From assembly GCA_963705305.1 (NCBI GenBank), contig OY970067.1, positions 5,581,312 to 5,645,311 on the forward strand: DNA of 64,000 nt. The letters run 5' to 3'. The translations under genes were made by a program, and so were the position numbers. How positions within the stretch are numbered: position 1 is the first letter of the stretch; every line of letters begins with the position of its first letter. The notes beneath the pieces were generated by a model that was given only the letters and a program-made list of their open reading frames with translations, had not been told where the DNA came from and did no database searches. The stretch is from an uncultured Methylomirabilota bacterium. GTDB taxonomy: Bacteria; Methylomirabilota; Methylomirabilia; Methylomirabilales; 2-02-FULL-66-22. This document shows positions 35,698-46,099 of this stretch, one piece after another.

Positions 35698-37044
35698 ATG
35701 ATCAGCATCAGCAAGCTATTTTGCGGCGGTGCGGCGGAGAGCGACGGCCTGCGCTACGGCCACAGTGGCCAGGGCCCGGTGGTGACCGCCGCTGCTCCGC
35801 CCGCCTCCGGCACCGCTGCGGAGCGGCGGCCGGTGACGGTCTGGAACGTTACACGGACATGCAACCTGCGCTGCATCCACTGCTACACCGATTCCGAGGC
35901 CAGGAAGTACAGCGGCGAGCTGACGACCGATGAGGGCCGGGCCCTCATCCGGGATCTGGCCAACTTCCGGATTCCCGCCCTGCTCTTCTCCGGCGGCGAG
36001 CCCCTGGCCCGGCCCGATCTCTTCGAGCTGGTTGCCTTCGCCCGCTCCCTCGGGGTTCGTCCCACCCTGTCCACAAACGGCACGCTGATCGCCGACGAGA
36101 CGGCCCGGCAGATCAAGGAAGCGGGGTTCACCTACGTCGGGATCAGCCTGGATGGAATCGGGGAGGTCAACGACCGCTTCCGCGGAGTGGGTGGCGCCTT
36201 CGACCGGGCCGTGCGCGGTTTCAAAGCCTGCGTCCGGGCCGGTCAGCGCGTCGGCCTTCGCCTGACTCTCACCCGGCACAACTTCGCCAACCTTCACGGG
36301 ATCTTCGATTTTATCGAGCGCGAGCAGATCGACCGGGCCTGTTTCTATCACCTGGTGTACTCGGGACGCGGCGGGCAGATCTCGGCCGACGACCTCTCGC
36401 GGGAGGAGACCCGGCGGGCCGTGGACATCATCCTCGAGCGCACGGCGGATTTCCACCGCCGGGGCCTCAACAAGGAGATCCTGACCGTCGACAACCACGT
36501 GGATGGGATCTACCTGTACCTGAAGCTCCGGGAGCGTTACCCCGAACGCGCAGAGCAGGTGCTGAAGCTCCTGACGTGGAACGGGGGCGGGATGTACAGC
36601 TCCGGGGTCGGGATCGCGGACATCGACTTCCAGGGGAATGTCCACGCCGACCAGTTCTGGATGCACCACTCCTTCGGCAATGTGCGACAGCGCCCGTTCA
36701 GCCAGATCTGGAACGATACCAGCGACCCCCTCATGGCCGGACTCAAGAACCGGCGGGCCATGATCAAGGGCCGCTGTGCGCCCGGGATCTGCAAGTGGTT
36801 CGACGCCTGCGGGGGGGCCATGCGGGTGCGGGCCGACCTTGTCTACCACGATCCCTGGGCGCCCGAGCCGGCCTGTTACCTCACCGACGAGGAGATCGGC
36901 CTTACCCCAGAAAAGCAGGCCGTTGTGAAGGCCAGAGTGGAGGACTTTGCTCTGCCGGAGTTCGCGCGGCCCTCTTCCGCCGCCAACCCCCAGGCCCCTC
37001 CGGACCCGCCGGTGATTCCATGCACCGGCGGAACGGAGGCGTGA
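35698..37044 (+). CDS. ahbC: Radical SAM/SPASM protein, AhbC/NirJ1-like (siroheme-dependent heme pathway)
   Basis: WNVTRTCNLRCIHCY; YHLVYSGRG; EILTVDNHVDG; ADQFW; C-terminal PACYLTDEEI. Confidence 0.8.
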   Translation: MISISKLFCGGAAESDGLRYGHSGQGPVVTAAAPPASGTAAERRPVTVWNVTRTCNLRCIHCYTDSEARKYSGELTTDEGRALIRDLANFRIPALLFSGGEPLARPDLFELVAFARSLGVRPTLSTNGTLIADETARQIKEAGFTYVGISLDGIGEVNDRFRGVGGAFDRAVRGFKACVRAGQRVGLRLTLTRHNFANLHGIFDFIEREQIDRACFYHLVYSGRGGQISADDLSREETRRAVDIILERTADFHRRGLNKEILTVDNHVDGIYLYLKLRERYPERAEQVLKLLTWNGGGMYSSGVGIADIDFQGNVHADQFWMHHSFGNVRQRPFSQIWNDTSDPLMAGLKNRRAMIKGRCAPGICKWFDACGGAMRVRADLVYHDPWAPEPACYLTDEEIGLTPEKQAVVKARVEDFALPEFARPSSAANPQAPPDPPVIPCTGGTEA

Positions 37045-37138
37045 TCGGACGTTCGGCGATCGTCCCCGCTCCATCCGTCTTCCGAGCCGCCCGGAAACGG
37101 CGGCGCCGCCACTTCCCGAAACATGTCTCCCGCCGCGT

Positions 37139-37298
37139 CTAGCCGGCTGCTGAAAAACTCATTTTCGCTGAGGCTGCTCAAAAAGGTCCACATGCAAGGC
37201 GGCCCGCAAAGGGCCGAGTGAGGCGTACTTCCGGTACGCCGCAGCGAGTGTCCGAGCGGGCCAACGCCGCAGATGGGCCTTTTTCAGCAGCCTGCTAG
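37139..37298. mobile_element. MITE-like element, family 1, copy A
   Basis: CTAGCCGGCTGCTGAAAAA ... TTTTTCAGCAGCCTGCTAG inverted ends (18/19); non-coding; second copy at 53786. Confidence 0.8.
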
Positions 37299-38317
37299 CC
37301 GGGGGGCTGTTCGGTCGTTACCGCCGGGTAGGGAATCTTCCCCTTCAAGAGTCCCACCTTCTCCAACACTGCCTCGGTCGCCTCGACCGCCTCTTCGGTG
37401 ACGCGCCCCTGGTGGCTGAGCGCCGGCTGGAGGGCCTCCACCCCTTGCAGCAACTGCTGCGGGCCCATCCCTCCCAGGAAAGGCTGGAGAGCGTCTGCCA
37501 CCTTCTGCGGAGGATTCGTCAGGGCCCAGCGAGTGGCGCGGTCCATGACTTGCACCATCTTGGCGACCGTGTCGGGGTGTGCGCGCAGGTAGTCCCGGCG
37601 CACGACCAGGGTCCCCATGAGGAATCCCCTCAGGGAAGGATCCTCACCCCCGGCGTTGTTGAGGAAGACCATGGCGTTGCCCTGCCGCGCGGCCGTCTCC
37701 GCCAGCGGCACCACGCCGAGGGCCGCATCCACCGTTCGACCCTCCACGGCGCGGAGCCACGAGACGCTGGCGGACCCGATGGGCACGATTCTCATACCTT
37801 CCTCAGCCTTCAGCCCGGCCTGGCGCAGGGCAAACTCGGCCAGATGATGGGCGGTGTTGCCAAGGTGTGGGACGCCGAGCCTCAGGTTCCCAAGGGCCTT
37901 AAGCTTCTGGGCCAGCGGACTCCCCGCGACGAGCCCCCGCGCTTCTGCCGTTTCCAGGTTCATGGCCCAGTTGATGATCGGCCGTGTGAACCCGGAATAG
38001 ACCATGACGATCTCGGGATCGCGCTGGAAGGCCAAGAGAACGGCGTCCCCAGGACTGAACGCAAAATCCACCTGGCGGGACAGGAGCGCCTTCAGGGCCA
38101 GCCCGCTCCCCTCGGTGACAACCAGGTTCACGTCCAGCCCCCGGCCCGCAAAGAGGTTGAGAGACCGAGCCAGGAACACCGGCGCCATGCTCAGATCGGT
38201 TGCCGGTATGGCCAGGCGGATCTCGCTGGCGCCGGCCGGCCCGGAGGCAAGAACCAGCAGGATCGCCCCCCAGAGCATCACGCGTGCGGCATGCCTGACC
38301 GTCACTGTCCCCTCCAT
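37295..38317 (-). CDS. ABC substrate-binding protein (NMT1/SsuA-like)
   Basis: Signal peptide; GLDVNLV; ALLSRQVDFA; YLRAHPDTV. Confidence 0.85.
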   Translation of the reverse strand: MEGTVTVRHAARVMLWGAILLVLASGPAGASEIRLAIPATDLSMAPVFLARSLNLFAGRGLDVNLVVTEGSGLALKALLSRQVDFAFSPGDAVLLAFQRDPEIVMVYSGFTRPIINWAMNLETAEARGLVAGSPLAQKLKALGNLRLGVPHLGNTAHHLAEFALRQAGLKAEEGMRIVPIGSASVSWLRAVEGRTVDAALGVVPLAETAARQGNAMVFLNNAGGEDPSLRGFLMGTLVVRRDYLRAHPDTVAKMVQVMDRATRWALTNPPQKVADALQPFLGGMGPQQLLQGVEALQPALSHQGRVTEEAVEATEAVLEKVGLLKGKIPYPAVTTEQPPG

Positions 38318-38480
38318 CCTCTTTCAGAGCGTCATCACAGGAGTTCGAACGACCCGACCGGACTGGGAGGATTCTAGCAGGCTCAAGACCAGGCCGACAA
38401 CCGGTCGTTGCTGGGGGGCTTCCCGTCAGGGAGGCAAGAGATGTCGCGCGGGCTGAAGCGCCGATGGAGCGGCCTCTGGA

Positions 38481-41099
38481 TCACGAGAAGTAGGCCCGAA
38501 GCGCGGCCGCCTCGCGCCGGCCCAGGGCCACCGCGATCTGCAGCTGCTCCAGGTACTGCTCGAGCGTCTTGCCGCCCAAAGAGATGGGGTTGGACGCGAA
38601 GAACTGCCGCACCTCCGCTTCCAGCGCGGGGGTGGCCAGGCCGATGACCCCTTCCCACATCCGACGGAATCCTCCCTGCGGGAACTGCCGCTCCATCGCC
38701 TGCCAGTGGTCGGTGACGAATCGCCAGACCTGCTGTCGGGCCTCCACGCTCATCAGGAGTCCCCGCACGAGGAAGGGCGCGTCCTGGCTGCGCACCTCGC
38801 CGCTCAGGCAGAGCGCGAGCGTCCGGCGCAGCAGGCCCGGATCGCGGAACCCCGCCAGGGAGTGGAGATACCGCTGCTCTTCCTGGGGGGTCCTAGCGGC
38901 CTTGAAACGCCCAAAGAACGCCTCGTAGTCCGCGGGGCCGCCCACGTGGGCCAGGATGGCCACCAGCGCCGGAAGGAGATTGGGATCAACCGCGGAGGGG
39001 TCGGCCAGAGTCGCCTCATACAGCTTCCGCGCCTCGGCCTGAATCGTGCCGTCGTTTCCCAGGGTGCCGGCCGCCCGCAGCAGGTCCCCGCGGAGCTGCC
39101 GCTGCAGCTCTCCCTCGCCCGACCCCGGCATCCAGCCGAGACGCACGACCGCGGGGCCCAGCCGATCCCGCACCAAAGCCTCGAGTTCCGGCCGGAGCGC
39201 GGAGTCGATCACCCGGTTCAGAGAGGCGAAGGATGCCAGCAGCACGGTCCAGACGTTCCGGTCGGTTTCCTCGCGGAACCTGGCGGTGAGATCCAGGTAG
39301 GCCGTGATGGGCGCGACTCCCGCCAGGCAGGCCGCCCAGACATCGTTCACGAGATTGAACCGCTCGATGGGCGCCAGGATCTCGAGCGGGGCGGCCAGCA
39401 GCCGCTCCAGCAGCTTTGCCCCGTAGCGCACGCGGTAGAATCCATGGCCGCCGGCGTTGACGACGACCCAGTCGGGCCTGTCCGGCAGTTCCACCGAGGC
39501 CTCATCCGTTGAAAGTAGGAGGCGCATATCCTGGGCTCCACCCCGCACCCCCACGCGAAACGTCACCGGAACCGGCCAGCGGGCCGTCCCATCCCCCGCC
39601 CCCTGCGTGTAGCTGAATCGTTGCTGGGAGAAGCGCAGCCTCCGGCCTCCGTCTTCGGCGTCCACGCTGACCAGGGGATACCCGGGGCGGAAGATCCAGC
39701 CGTGCATCACGGAGGGAATCGGCTGCCCCGAGGCCTCGCCCAGCGATGCCCACAGATCCGAGGTCTCGGCGTTCCCGTACTGGTGGGCGCGCAGATACCT
39801 CCGGACGCCGTCGCGGAAGACGGCGGGGCCGAGGTACGTCTCGAACATGCGCAGCACCGCCCCGCCCTTCTCGTAGGTGAGCACGTCGAACATGGCGTCG
39901 GCGTCCTTGGGAGCCACCACCGGAAACTCCACCGGACGGCTGGACTGTAGCCCGTCTACCACCAGGGCGGCGGCACGGGACACGCCAAAGGTGGTCCAGC
40001 GTTGCCAGGCCGGCCGCCAGGCGTCCACGGCCTGCACCTCCATGAAGGTGGCGAAGGCTTCGTTCAGCCAGAGGCCGTTCCACCACGCCATGGTCACGAG
40101 GTCGCCGAACCACATGTGGGCGATCTCGTGGGCGACCACGTCGGCCACCCGCTCCATCTCCGCATGGGTGGCGGCCGTTTCGTCCACCAGGAGGGCTGTC
40201 TCGCGGAACGTGATGGCTCCCAGATTCTCCATGGCCCCGAAGGCGAAATCGGGGATGGCGATGAAGTCCAGCTTGTCCCCGGGATACGGGAGCCCGTAGT
40301 ACTCTTCGAAGAACCGGAGCGAGAAAGCGGCAATCTTCTGGGCAAATCGGGCCAGGTGCCGTTTCCCAGGCACGCACCAGATCCGGATCGGCGTCTTGCC
40401 GACCATGGTCGGATCCGTCGCCTCCAGCTCTCCCACCACAAAGGCGACCAGGTAGGTGGACATGCGGATGGTCGGGGAGAAGACAACCGCCTTCTTGCCG
40501 CCCGGAAGCGGCCGCTCTTCGGCGACGCGGGTGTTGGAGACGGCCGACAACCCATTATCTACGACCAGCGTGATCTGAAAGACCGCCTTGAACGCCGGCT
40601 CGTCCCAGCAGGGAAACGCTCGTCGGGCCTCCGTGGCCTCGAACTGCGTCACCGCCAGGACTTTCCTTTCGGGCACGGCGGACGGACCGGACTCGCCGGC
40701 CCCCGAGGTGGGGCCGCTCGGGACCATGAAGGTACTGCGGTAGAATCCGCGCAGCTTGTCGTTCAGGCTCCCCGTGAAGCGGAGGGACAGCTTCCACGGC
40801 CCGGGCCGGAGGGCCTCCGGGAACCCAAGCCGGGCCCGCTCCGTCGCCTCCTCCATAACTACGGAACCCGGGAGCCGCTTTCCCTCGTCGCCCGCGATCG
40901 CCACCTCCTGGATCGCCAGCTCTGCGGCGTTCAGGACGATCTCGCGCACCGGCTCGCGCAGCACGACCTCGACCGTTTCGGCGCCGCTGAAGGTGCCGGC
41001 CGCCAGGTCGATTTCCAGCCGGATCTCGTACCGCTCCGGCGCCGCGGTCTGCGGAAGTCGATACGCATCCTGCCCTGTGTCGGCCATCACCGTTCTCAT
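38481..41099 (-). CDS. pepN: M1-family aminopeptidase (ERAP1-like C-terminus)
   Basis: GAMEN; HEIAH-x18-E (WLNEAFA); YEKGG. Confidence 0.93.
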   Translation of the reverse strand: MRTVMADTGQDAYRLPQTAAPERYEIRLEIDLAAGTFSGAETVEVVLREPVREIVLNAAELAIQEVAIAGDEGKRLPGSVVMEEATERARLGFPEALRPGPWKLSLRFTGSLNDKLRGFYRSTFMVPSGPTSGAGESGPSAVPERKVLAVTQFEATEARRAFPCWDEPAFKAVFQITLVVDNGLSAVSNTRVAEERPLPGGKKAVVFSPTIRMSTYLVAFVVGELEATDPTMVGKTPIRIWCVPGKRHLARFAQKIAAFSLRFFEEYYGLPYPGDKLDFIAIPDFAFGAMENLGAITFRETALLVDETAATHAEMERVADVVAHEIAHMWFGDLVTMAWWNGLWLNEAFATFMEVQAVDAWRPAWQRWTTFGVSRAAALVVDGLQSSRPVEFPVVAPKDADAMFDVLTYEKGGAVLRMFETYLGPAVFRDGVRRYLRAHQYGNAETSDLWASLGEASGQPIPSVMHGWIFRPGYPLVSVDAEDGGRRLRFSQQRFSYTQGAGDGTARWPVPVTFRVGVRGGAQDMRLLLSTDEASVELPDRPDWVVVNAGGHGFYRVRYGAKLLERLLAAPLEILAPIERFNLVNDVWAACLAGVAPITAYLDLTARFREETDRNVWTVLLASFASLNRVIDSALRPELEALVRDRLGPAVVRLGWMPGSGEGELQRQLRGDLLRAAGTLGNDGTIQAEARKLYEATLADPSAVDPNLLPALVAILAHVGGPADYEAFFGRFKAARTPQEEQRYLHSLAGFRDPGLLRRTLALCLSGEVRSQDAPFLVRGLLMSVEARQQVWRFVTDHWQAMERQFPQGGFRRMWEGVIGLATPALEAEVRQFFASNPISLGGKTLEQYLEQLQIAVALGRREAAALRAYFS

Positions 41100-41444
41100 C
41101 CTCCTGTCCGTCAGTCGCGTCCGGCGCCCCGGCCCGGCAGTCGGTCACGCCCCCGGCCTGCCTCTTCGCGCTCACGCCATTCTATGCGACCACCGCTCCT
41201 CTCACAAGTCGCCCCCGAGGTCATGTCGCCTCCGGGATCAGCACCATGTATGTAGGACGATTCGAGTCCGACCCTCGGGGATGTTTGACACAGCGGGGAT
41301 GGAGTGGAAGAAACCGTGGGATTCGCCTGACGCGCATTCTGCGCGGCCACACGCCTCAAGAGCGGATCCCGGAGGGGCCTGGTGAAGTTGCCCGGTCCGA
41401 TGAACTTCCCAGGCTCCCCCGGGACCCGGTTGGTGCGGCGCGTG

Positions 41445-42761
41445 CTACGACTTCGCGTAGATCTCCTTCATCTCCGCCTCGGCCTGCTTGATCGTCTCGG
41501 CGGTGGACATCCCCTTGCAGGCCCGGGCGAACATGTTCACGATGACGTACTTGACCATCGCCTCGGCCGCGTGGCGGGTCGGCGGCCCGGGGTAGCCGGG
41601 CATCCGCACGTACTTCGGGATCTCCCGGATGACCTCCAGCTTGGGGTCTTTCTTCCAGACGGGGTCGTTTTCGTAGAAGTTAGCCAGGCCGGCGATCTGC
41701 CCCTCCCCCACGCCGATCCAGGCGGAGTATTGCTTGGGCTGGATCAGCCAGGTGATGAACGCTTTGGCCTCCTTGGGGAACTTGGAGAACTTGAAGATCC
41801 CCAAGCCCATGGCCGTGGAGTAGCCGAAGCGTCCCGCCGGACCCTTCGGCCAGAGGGCGTGGTTCGTCACCTCGCGCAGCTGCGGGGCGTTTTTCGTCTC
41901 GGCCCAGTAGATGCTCGCGGCGTTCCCGGTGACTGCCAGCTCCCCGGCCAGGAAGGCGCGGTTGTTGCTGGAGTCGTCCCAGGAGAACACGTCCGGGGTC
42001 TCGCCGTCCTTGAACAGGTTGCGAACATAGTCAACGGCCTTGGCCGTCCCCGGGGAATTGATGGCCACCGTCTTCCCGTCGGCCTTGCACTCGGCTCCCC
42101 CGTGCGCCCAAAACATGGGATAGTGGGACTGGTTCGCGTCGCCGATGGCCCGACCGAGGGCGAACCCGGAGTAATGACCCTTGTCCTTGATCTTTCGGCA
42201 GAGGACCAGCATCTCGTCGTACGTGTCGGGGAACTTGTCGAATCCCACCTCTCTCGCCCAATCGGAGCGATACACGACGGCGATCGGGATGATCCCCCAG
42301 GGCACCGATTTCCACACCTTGTTGACGATGCCGATATCCTTGGCGATGTTGGTCCAGCCATTGAGTTGTTTGCCCAGAGGTTCTGCAACGTCGCCCACGT
42401 TGATGAGGGACTTGTCGAACAGGTGGGCGCCGTCACTCCAGGTGGTGATGATGTCGGGACCGGCCCCGCTTTCCACCGCGGCGGCGGTCTTGCTCGGCAG
42501 ATCGCTCTGGTTCACGAATTCGAAGGCGATTTCGACTCCCTTTTCCTTGGTGTACTGCTGGGCCTGCTCCCGCAGGGTGTCATCCATGGCGTTCAGAGTG
42601 TTGGACCAGGTCAGGATGCTGAGCCTGGCCGCCCCCAGACCGCTGCGGATGAAGGTCCCGAAGGAGAGGGCTGCGGTGGCGCCGGCGGTCACGCCGATGA
42701 ACCGGCGGCGGCTGATTCCGTTCCCCCTTCCGGAGTGCGTCGATTTCTTCTTGTGTTGCAT
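41445..42761 (-). CDS. Extracellular solute-binding protein (carbohydrate family) with Tat signal
   Basis: SRRRFIG twin-arginine signal; GPDI; WDDSSNNRAFLAG. Confidence 0.88.
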   Translation of the reverse strand: MQHKKKSTHSGRGNGISRRRFIGVTAGATAALSFGTFIRSGLGAARLSILTWSNTLNAMDDTLREQAQQYTKEKGVEIAFEFVNQSDLPSKTAAAVESGAGPDIITTWSDGAHLFDKSLINVGDVAEPLGKQLNGWTNIAKDIGIVNKVWKSVPWGIIPIAVVYRSDWAREVGFDKFPDTYDEMLVLCRKIKDKGHYSGFALGRAIGDANQSHYPMFWAHGGAECKADGKTVAINSPGTAKAVDYVRNLFKDGETPDVFSWDDSSNNRAFLAGELAVTGNAASIYWAETKNAPQLREVTNHALWPKGPAGRFGYSTAMGLGIFKFSKFPKEAKAFITWLIQPKQYSAWIGVGEGQIAGLANFYENDPVWKKDPKLEVIREIPKYVRMPGYPGPPTRHAAEAMVKYVIVNMFARACKGMSTAETIKQAEAEMKEIYAKS

Positions 42762-43060
42762 GATTCATCACCTCCGAGAACATCGGGTTGAAGCGAAGGG
42801 GAGCACCGCGCAGCACGGAGGCAGGGGTGGAGGCCGAGCATCGAGATGAGCGCTCGACGCCTCGTGAAGCGTTCTGGTCGGCGGGCAGGCCTTTCGTCGC
42901 ACCAGAGGTCGCCACCGCCCCGCTTAGGGACAGGCTGAGGCCGATAACAGCGCACTGAAACACGGCCAACGGGACCGGCTGCCATATACCACGGCAGCCC
43001 CGCATTGTCCACAAGAAGGGCTGAGAGTCTGCTGGCGGCCCCGCGGAAGCGCCCCAGGGA

Positions 43061-43984
43061 TCAGCGTCTGAGGCCCCGCAGGAAAGCTTCTACCTGCGAG
43101 CGGGTTGGAAACGAGGTCTGGGCCCCTTGCCGGGTGCAGGTCAGGGCCGCTGCGGCGTTGGCCAGAGGGAGTGCCTCCTCCCAGGTGCCTCCCGCCGCCA
43201 GCCCCACCGCCAGGGCGCCATTGAAGGCATCCCCCGCCCCCGTGGTGTCCACCGCATCCACCGGAAATGCCGGGAAGTGGAATGCGGACTCCCCATCGCA
43301 AGAGAGGACGCCCTGCTCCCCGAGGGTGACGATGACGCGCTTGACGCCCCGCGCCAACAGCCGCTGGGCGGCTTGCGTCGCGTTCTCCGGTCCCCTGACG
43401 GGGAGACCGGAGAGCACCTCCGCCTCGCCGGCATTGGGGGTCAGGCAATCCACCAGGGGCAGGAGATCGTCGGGCAGCTCCTGGGCCGGCGCCGGGTTGA
43501 GGATGGTGAGGGCACCGTGCTCGCGAGCGGCGGCCAGGGTCCAGCGGACCGTCGCCAGCGGGATCTCCAGCTGGCACAGCACCACCCGGGCCCACATCAG
43601 GTCCACCTCGTGCTGCCGGACCAGATCCGGGAGGAGCCGGAGATTGGCCCCCGAGGCGACGGCGATCTGGTTCCGGCCGGCGCCGTCCACCACGATCAAC
43701 GCCACACCGGTCGCGGCATCCTTGGACTGGATCAGGCCGTCGGCGGAGATCCCCTCGGCGGCAAGCTGCTCGGCGATCTGATCACCCTGAGGGTCCCGCC
43801 CGACGCACCCGATGAAGCGGACGTCCCCGCGCAGCCGCCGCGCCGCCACCGCCTGGTTGGCGCCCTTGCCGCCGTGGCTCACGTAAAACTGGCCGCCGGT
43901 GACGGTCTCCCCGGCCGCGGGAAGCCGGTCCACCGCCACGGTGAAATCCATGTTCGCGGAGCCGACCACTAGCACCCTCGGCAT
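43061..43984 (-). CDS. rbsK: Ribokinase (PfkB family)
   Basis: VVGSANMD, GGKGANQAVAA, ILNPAPA, DTTGAGDAFNG. Confidence 0.92.
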   Translation of the reverse strand: MPRVLVVGSANMDFTVAVDRLPAAGETVTGGQFYVSHGGKGANQAVAARRLRGDVRFIGCVGRDPQGDQIAEQLAAEGISADGLIQSKDAATGVALIVVDGAGRNQIAVASGANLRLLPDLVRQHEVDLMWARVVLCQLEIPLATVRWTLAAAREHGALTILNPAPAQELPDDLLPLVDCLTPNAGEAEVLSGLPVRGPENATQAAQRLLARGVKRVIVTLGEQGVLSCDGESAFHFPAFPVDAVDTTGAGDAFNGALAVGLAAGGTWEEALPLANAAAALTCTRQGAQTSFPTRSQVEAFLRGLRR

Positions 43985-44084
43985 GACCCACCTCGATCTG
44001 GAATTGAAAAGGCTCACTCGTTCCGCCGCCAAGCGCCTGCCGTCCAGCCGGGGCCGCCGTCGTTGGAGCGGCTATGCCTTCCTG

Positions 44085-44330
44085 CTATCCTGCCGGGTAG
44101 AGGTGGCAGCTGACCGTATGGCCGGGCGCCATGGCGATCGGGGTCGGCTTGATCTCCCGGCAAACGTCCGTGGCTCTGGGGCAGCGCGGATGGAAGCGAC
44201 ACCCCGCGGGCGGGGTGATGAGGTTGGGGATGGTGCCAGCAATCCCCTCCAGCGCCTCCTGCCGCCGCGCGTTGTGAGGAATGGAGCGCAGCAGGCCCTG
44301 GGTGTAAGGGTGCAGGGGAATGCGGAAGAG
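44085..44330 (-). pseudogene. C-terminal remnant of an oligopeptide ABC ATPase (OppD/F oligo-HPY domain)
   Basis: LFRIPLHPYTQGLLRSIP...PPAGCRFHPRCPRATDVC...HTVSCHL*; preceded by an in-frame TAG, no start codon. Confidence 0.85.
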
Positions 44331-44357
44331 CTAACCTCCGCGCAGGGGAAGGTGAAA

Positions 44358-44386
44358 CTTATAATACAGGCTGTGGGAAAGGTCAA
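44358..44386 (-). promoter_or_regulatory. Sigma70-like promoter upstream of the remnant, rbsK and the SBP gene
   Basis: TTGACC-N17-TATAAG on the minus strand. Confidence 0.55.
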
Positions 44387-44408
44387 CCGTGCGGGATGGC
44401 CATCGGCG

Positions 44409-44765
44409 CTATTTCGGCGGAGTCTTCTGGCTCTGCTCCATCAGTTCGCGCCGGACCTTGTCGGTCATCTGCTGGGTGATTCCCTGATACGTCTCGGCCG
44501 GATTGGAGGAGCCCGTCGAAGGTTGCTGGGAAGGATACGGGTGGACGGACAGGATATCGGATCCGGGGATCTCCACCGTGTTGCCGGCCGGAAGTGTCAC
44601 GCGGACGCGGTCGCCGATGATCTGCGTGCCCTCCGCCTGGACGGTCTCCCCGCTATGCAGGAAGATGATCTCCGTCGCCACGGCGGACGGCACCGGCCAG
44701 CAACACAGCAGCACCAGGAGCGCCCGCGCGGCACGGCGGAGGCGCCCTGTCGCCGCGGCATCCAC
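44409..44765 (-). CDS. Small secreted hypothetical protein
   Basis: GTG start overlapping the upstream stop; signal peptide, then EIIFLHSGETV beta-rich domain. Confidence 0.65.
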   Translation of the reverse strand: MDAAATGRLRRAARALLVLLCCWPVPSAVATEIIFLHSGETVQAEGTQIIGDRVRVTLPAGNTVEIPGSDILSVHPYPSQQPSTGSSNPAETYQGITQQMTDKVRRELMEQSQKTPPK

Positions 44766-45082
44766 TAGCTGCCTCCTGAGGAAGCAGAGGCAGCCGCGGC
44801 CTCCGAGAGCAGCAGCTTCGCATCCCGCCAGGCCGCCTCCATGGCGGTCAGCGCCTCCTCGAAGGCCTGCACGTCCGCTGACTCCGGGCCATAGACGCCG
44901 CGGATCTGCTCCCAGCGGGACTTGATGACTTCCTTCCGGCGGTACAGCGCTGCAAAATCCGCGGATCGGGCCTGATGCAGCGCCTCGGGGGCACTGGCCA
45001 GGGCCAGGCGCACTTGCTCCAGGTCCCGCTCCCATCCTTTGATCCGCTCGTCGATTGCTTCGCGTCCTTCGTCCGTGGCCAT
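44765..45082 (-). CDS. Hypothetical coiled-coil protein (105 aa)
   Basis: GGAGGAG RBS; helical composition. Confidence 0.7.
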   Translation of the reverse strand: MATDEGREAIDERIKGWERDLEQVRLALASAPEALHQARSADFAALYRRKEVIKSRWEQIRGVYGPESADVQAFEEALTAMEAAWRDAKLLLSEAAAASASSGGS

Positions 45083-45332
45083 GCGTCTCCTCCGCCTCGG
45101 AGAATGCCGGACACCACCTCCACCCCGTTTGCGTGCCCCACCTATACCACGCCTAGGCGGGTTCGTCGAGCCGGGGGTCCCCAGGCCCGGTGGAGGAACT
45201 GCTTGCGGCGGGCTTGCGTCTCATCTACTCTTGCACCGGATAGGGTGCCTGCCTGGCCCCTCACATCCGGGGGAGGGAGCGCCGCGGGCGCTGCTCCCGC
45301 CGACCGGCGAAACGACCATTGAGGAGAAGACC

Positions 45333-46010
45333 ATGTCCTCGCCCTACCAGATCAATCAGCTCGAAAAGGAAGACTCGTGGCGGATGTTCCGGATCATCGG
45401 GGAATTCGTCGAGGGCTTCGACGCCCTCTCCCAGATCACCCCGGCGGTCACCGTCTTCGGCAGTGCCCGGGCGCGACCGGGGGATTTCGCCTACGACACG
45501 GCCGAGGCCATCGGCCGCGAAATCGCCCGAGCCGGCTTCACCCTGGTGACCGGCGGCGGCCCGGGGGTCATGGAAGCGGCCTGCAAGGGGGCCGCCGAGG
45601 CGGGAGGCAGGACGGTCGGCCTGAACATCGATCTGCCCATGGAGCAGAAGGCCAATCCATATGCCGGCCTGTCGATGCACTTCCACTACTTCTTCGTTCG
45701 CAAGGTGATGTTGGTGAAGTACGCCACAGCCTTCGTCCTGCTGCCGGGGGGCTTCGGCACGCTGGACGAGCTGTTCGAGACCGTCACGCTCATCCAGACC
45801 CACAAGATCCGGCCCTTCCCCGTGATCCTGGTGGGCTGGGACTACTGGCGGGGGCTGGTGGACTGGCTGCACGAACAGGCGATCGCGCGGGGGTACCTGG
45901 GGGCGACCGAGCTGGACTTCCTGACGGTCACAGACGAGCCGGCGGAGGTCGCGCAGCGGATCACCCGCTTTTACAATGGCGAGGTGGGGGATCTCAGCGT
46001 CTCGGCCTGA
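45333..46010 (+). CDS. LOG-family (TIGR00730-like) nucleotide phosphoribohydrolase
   Basis: VFGSAR, TGGGPGVMEA, FFVRKVML, PGGFGTLDELFE. Confidence 0.92.
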   Translation: MSSPYQINQLEKEDSWRMFRIIGEFVEGFDALSQITPAVTVFGSARARPGDFAYDTAEAIGREIARAGFTLVTGGGPGVMEAACKGAAEAGGRTVGLNIDLPMEQKANPYAGLSMHFHYFFVRKVMLVKYATAFVLLPGGFGTLDELFETVTLIQTHKIRPFPVILVGWDYWRGLVDWLHEQAIARGYLGATELDFLTVTDEPAEVAQRITRFYNGEVGDLSVSA

Positions 46011-46099
46011 TGCCGCGGCCGGCCGTCCCCCCGAGCCGTTCGGCCGCAGCACCGCAGGGAGCCCGGCAGGGCCGCGGCTCTGATCGGGCCGGCAGCCAG

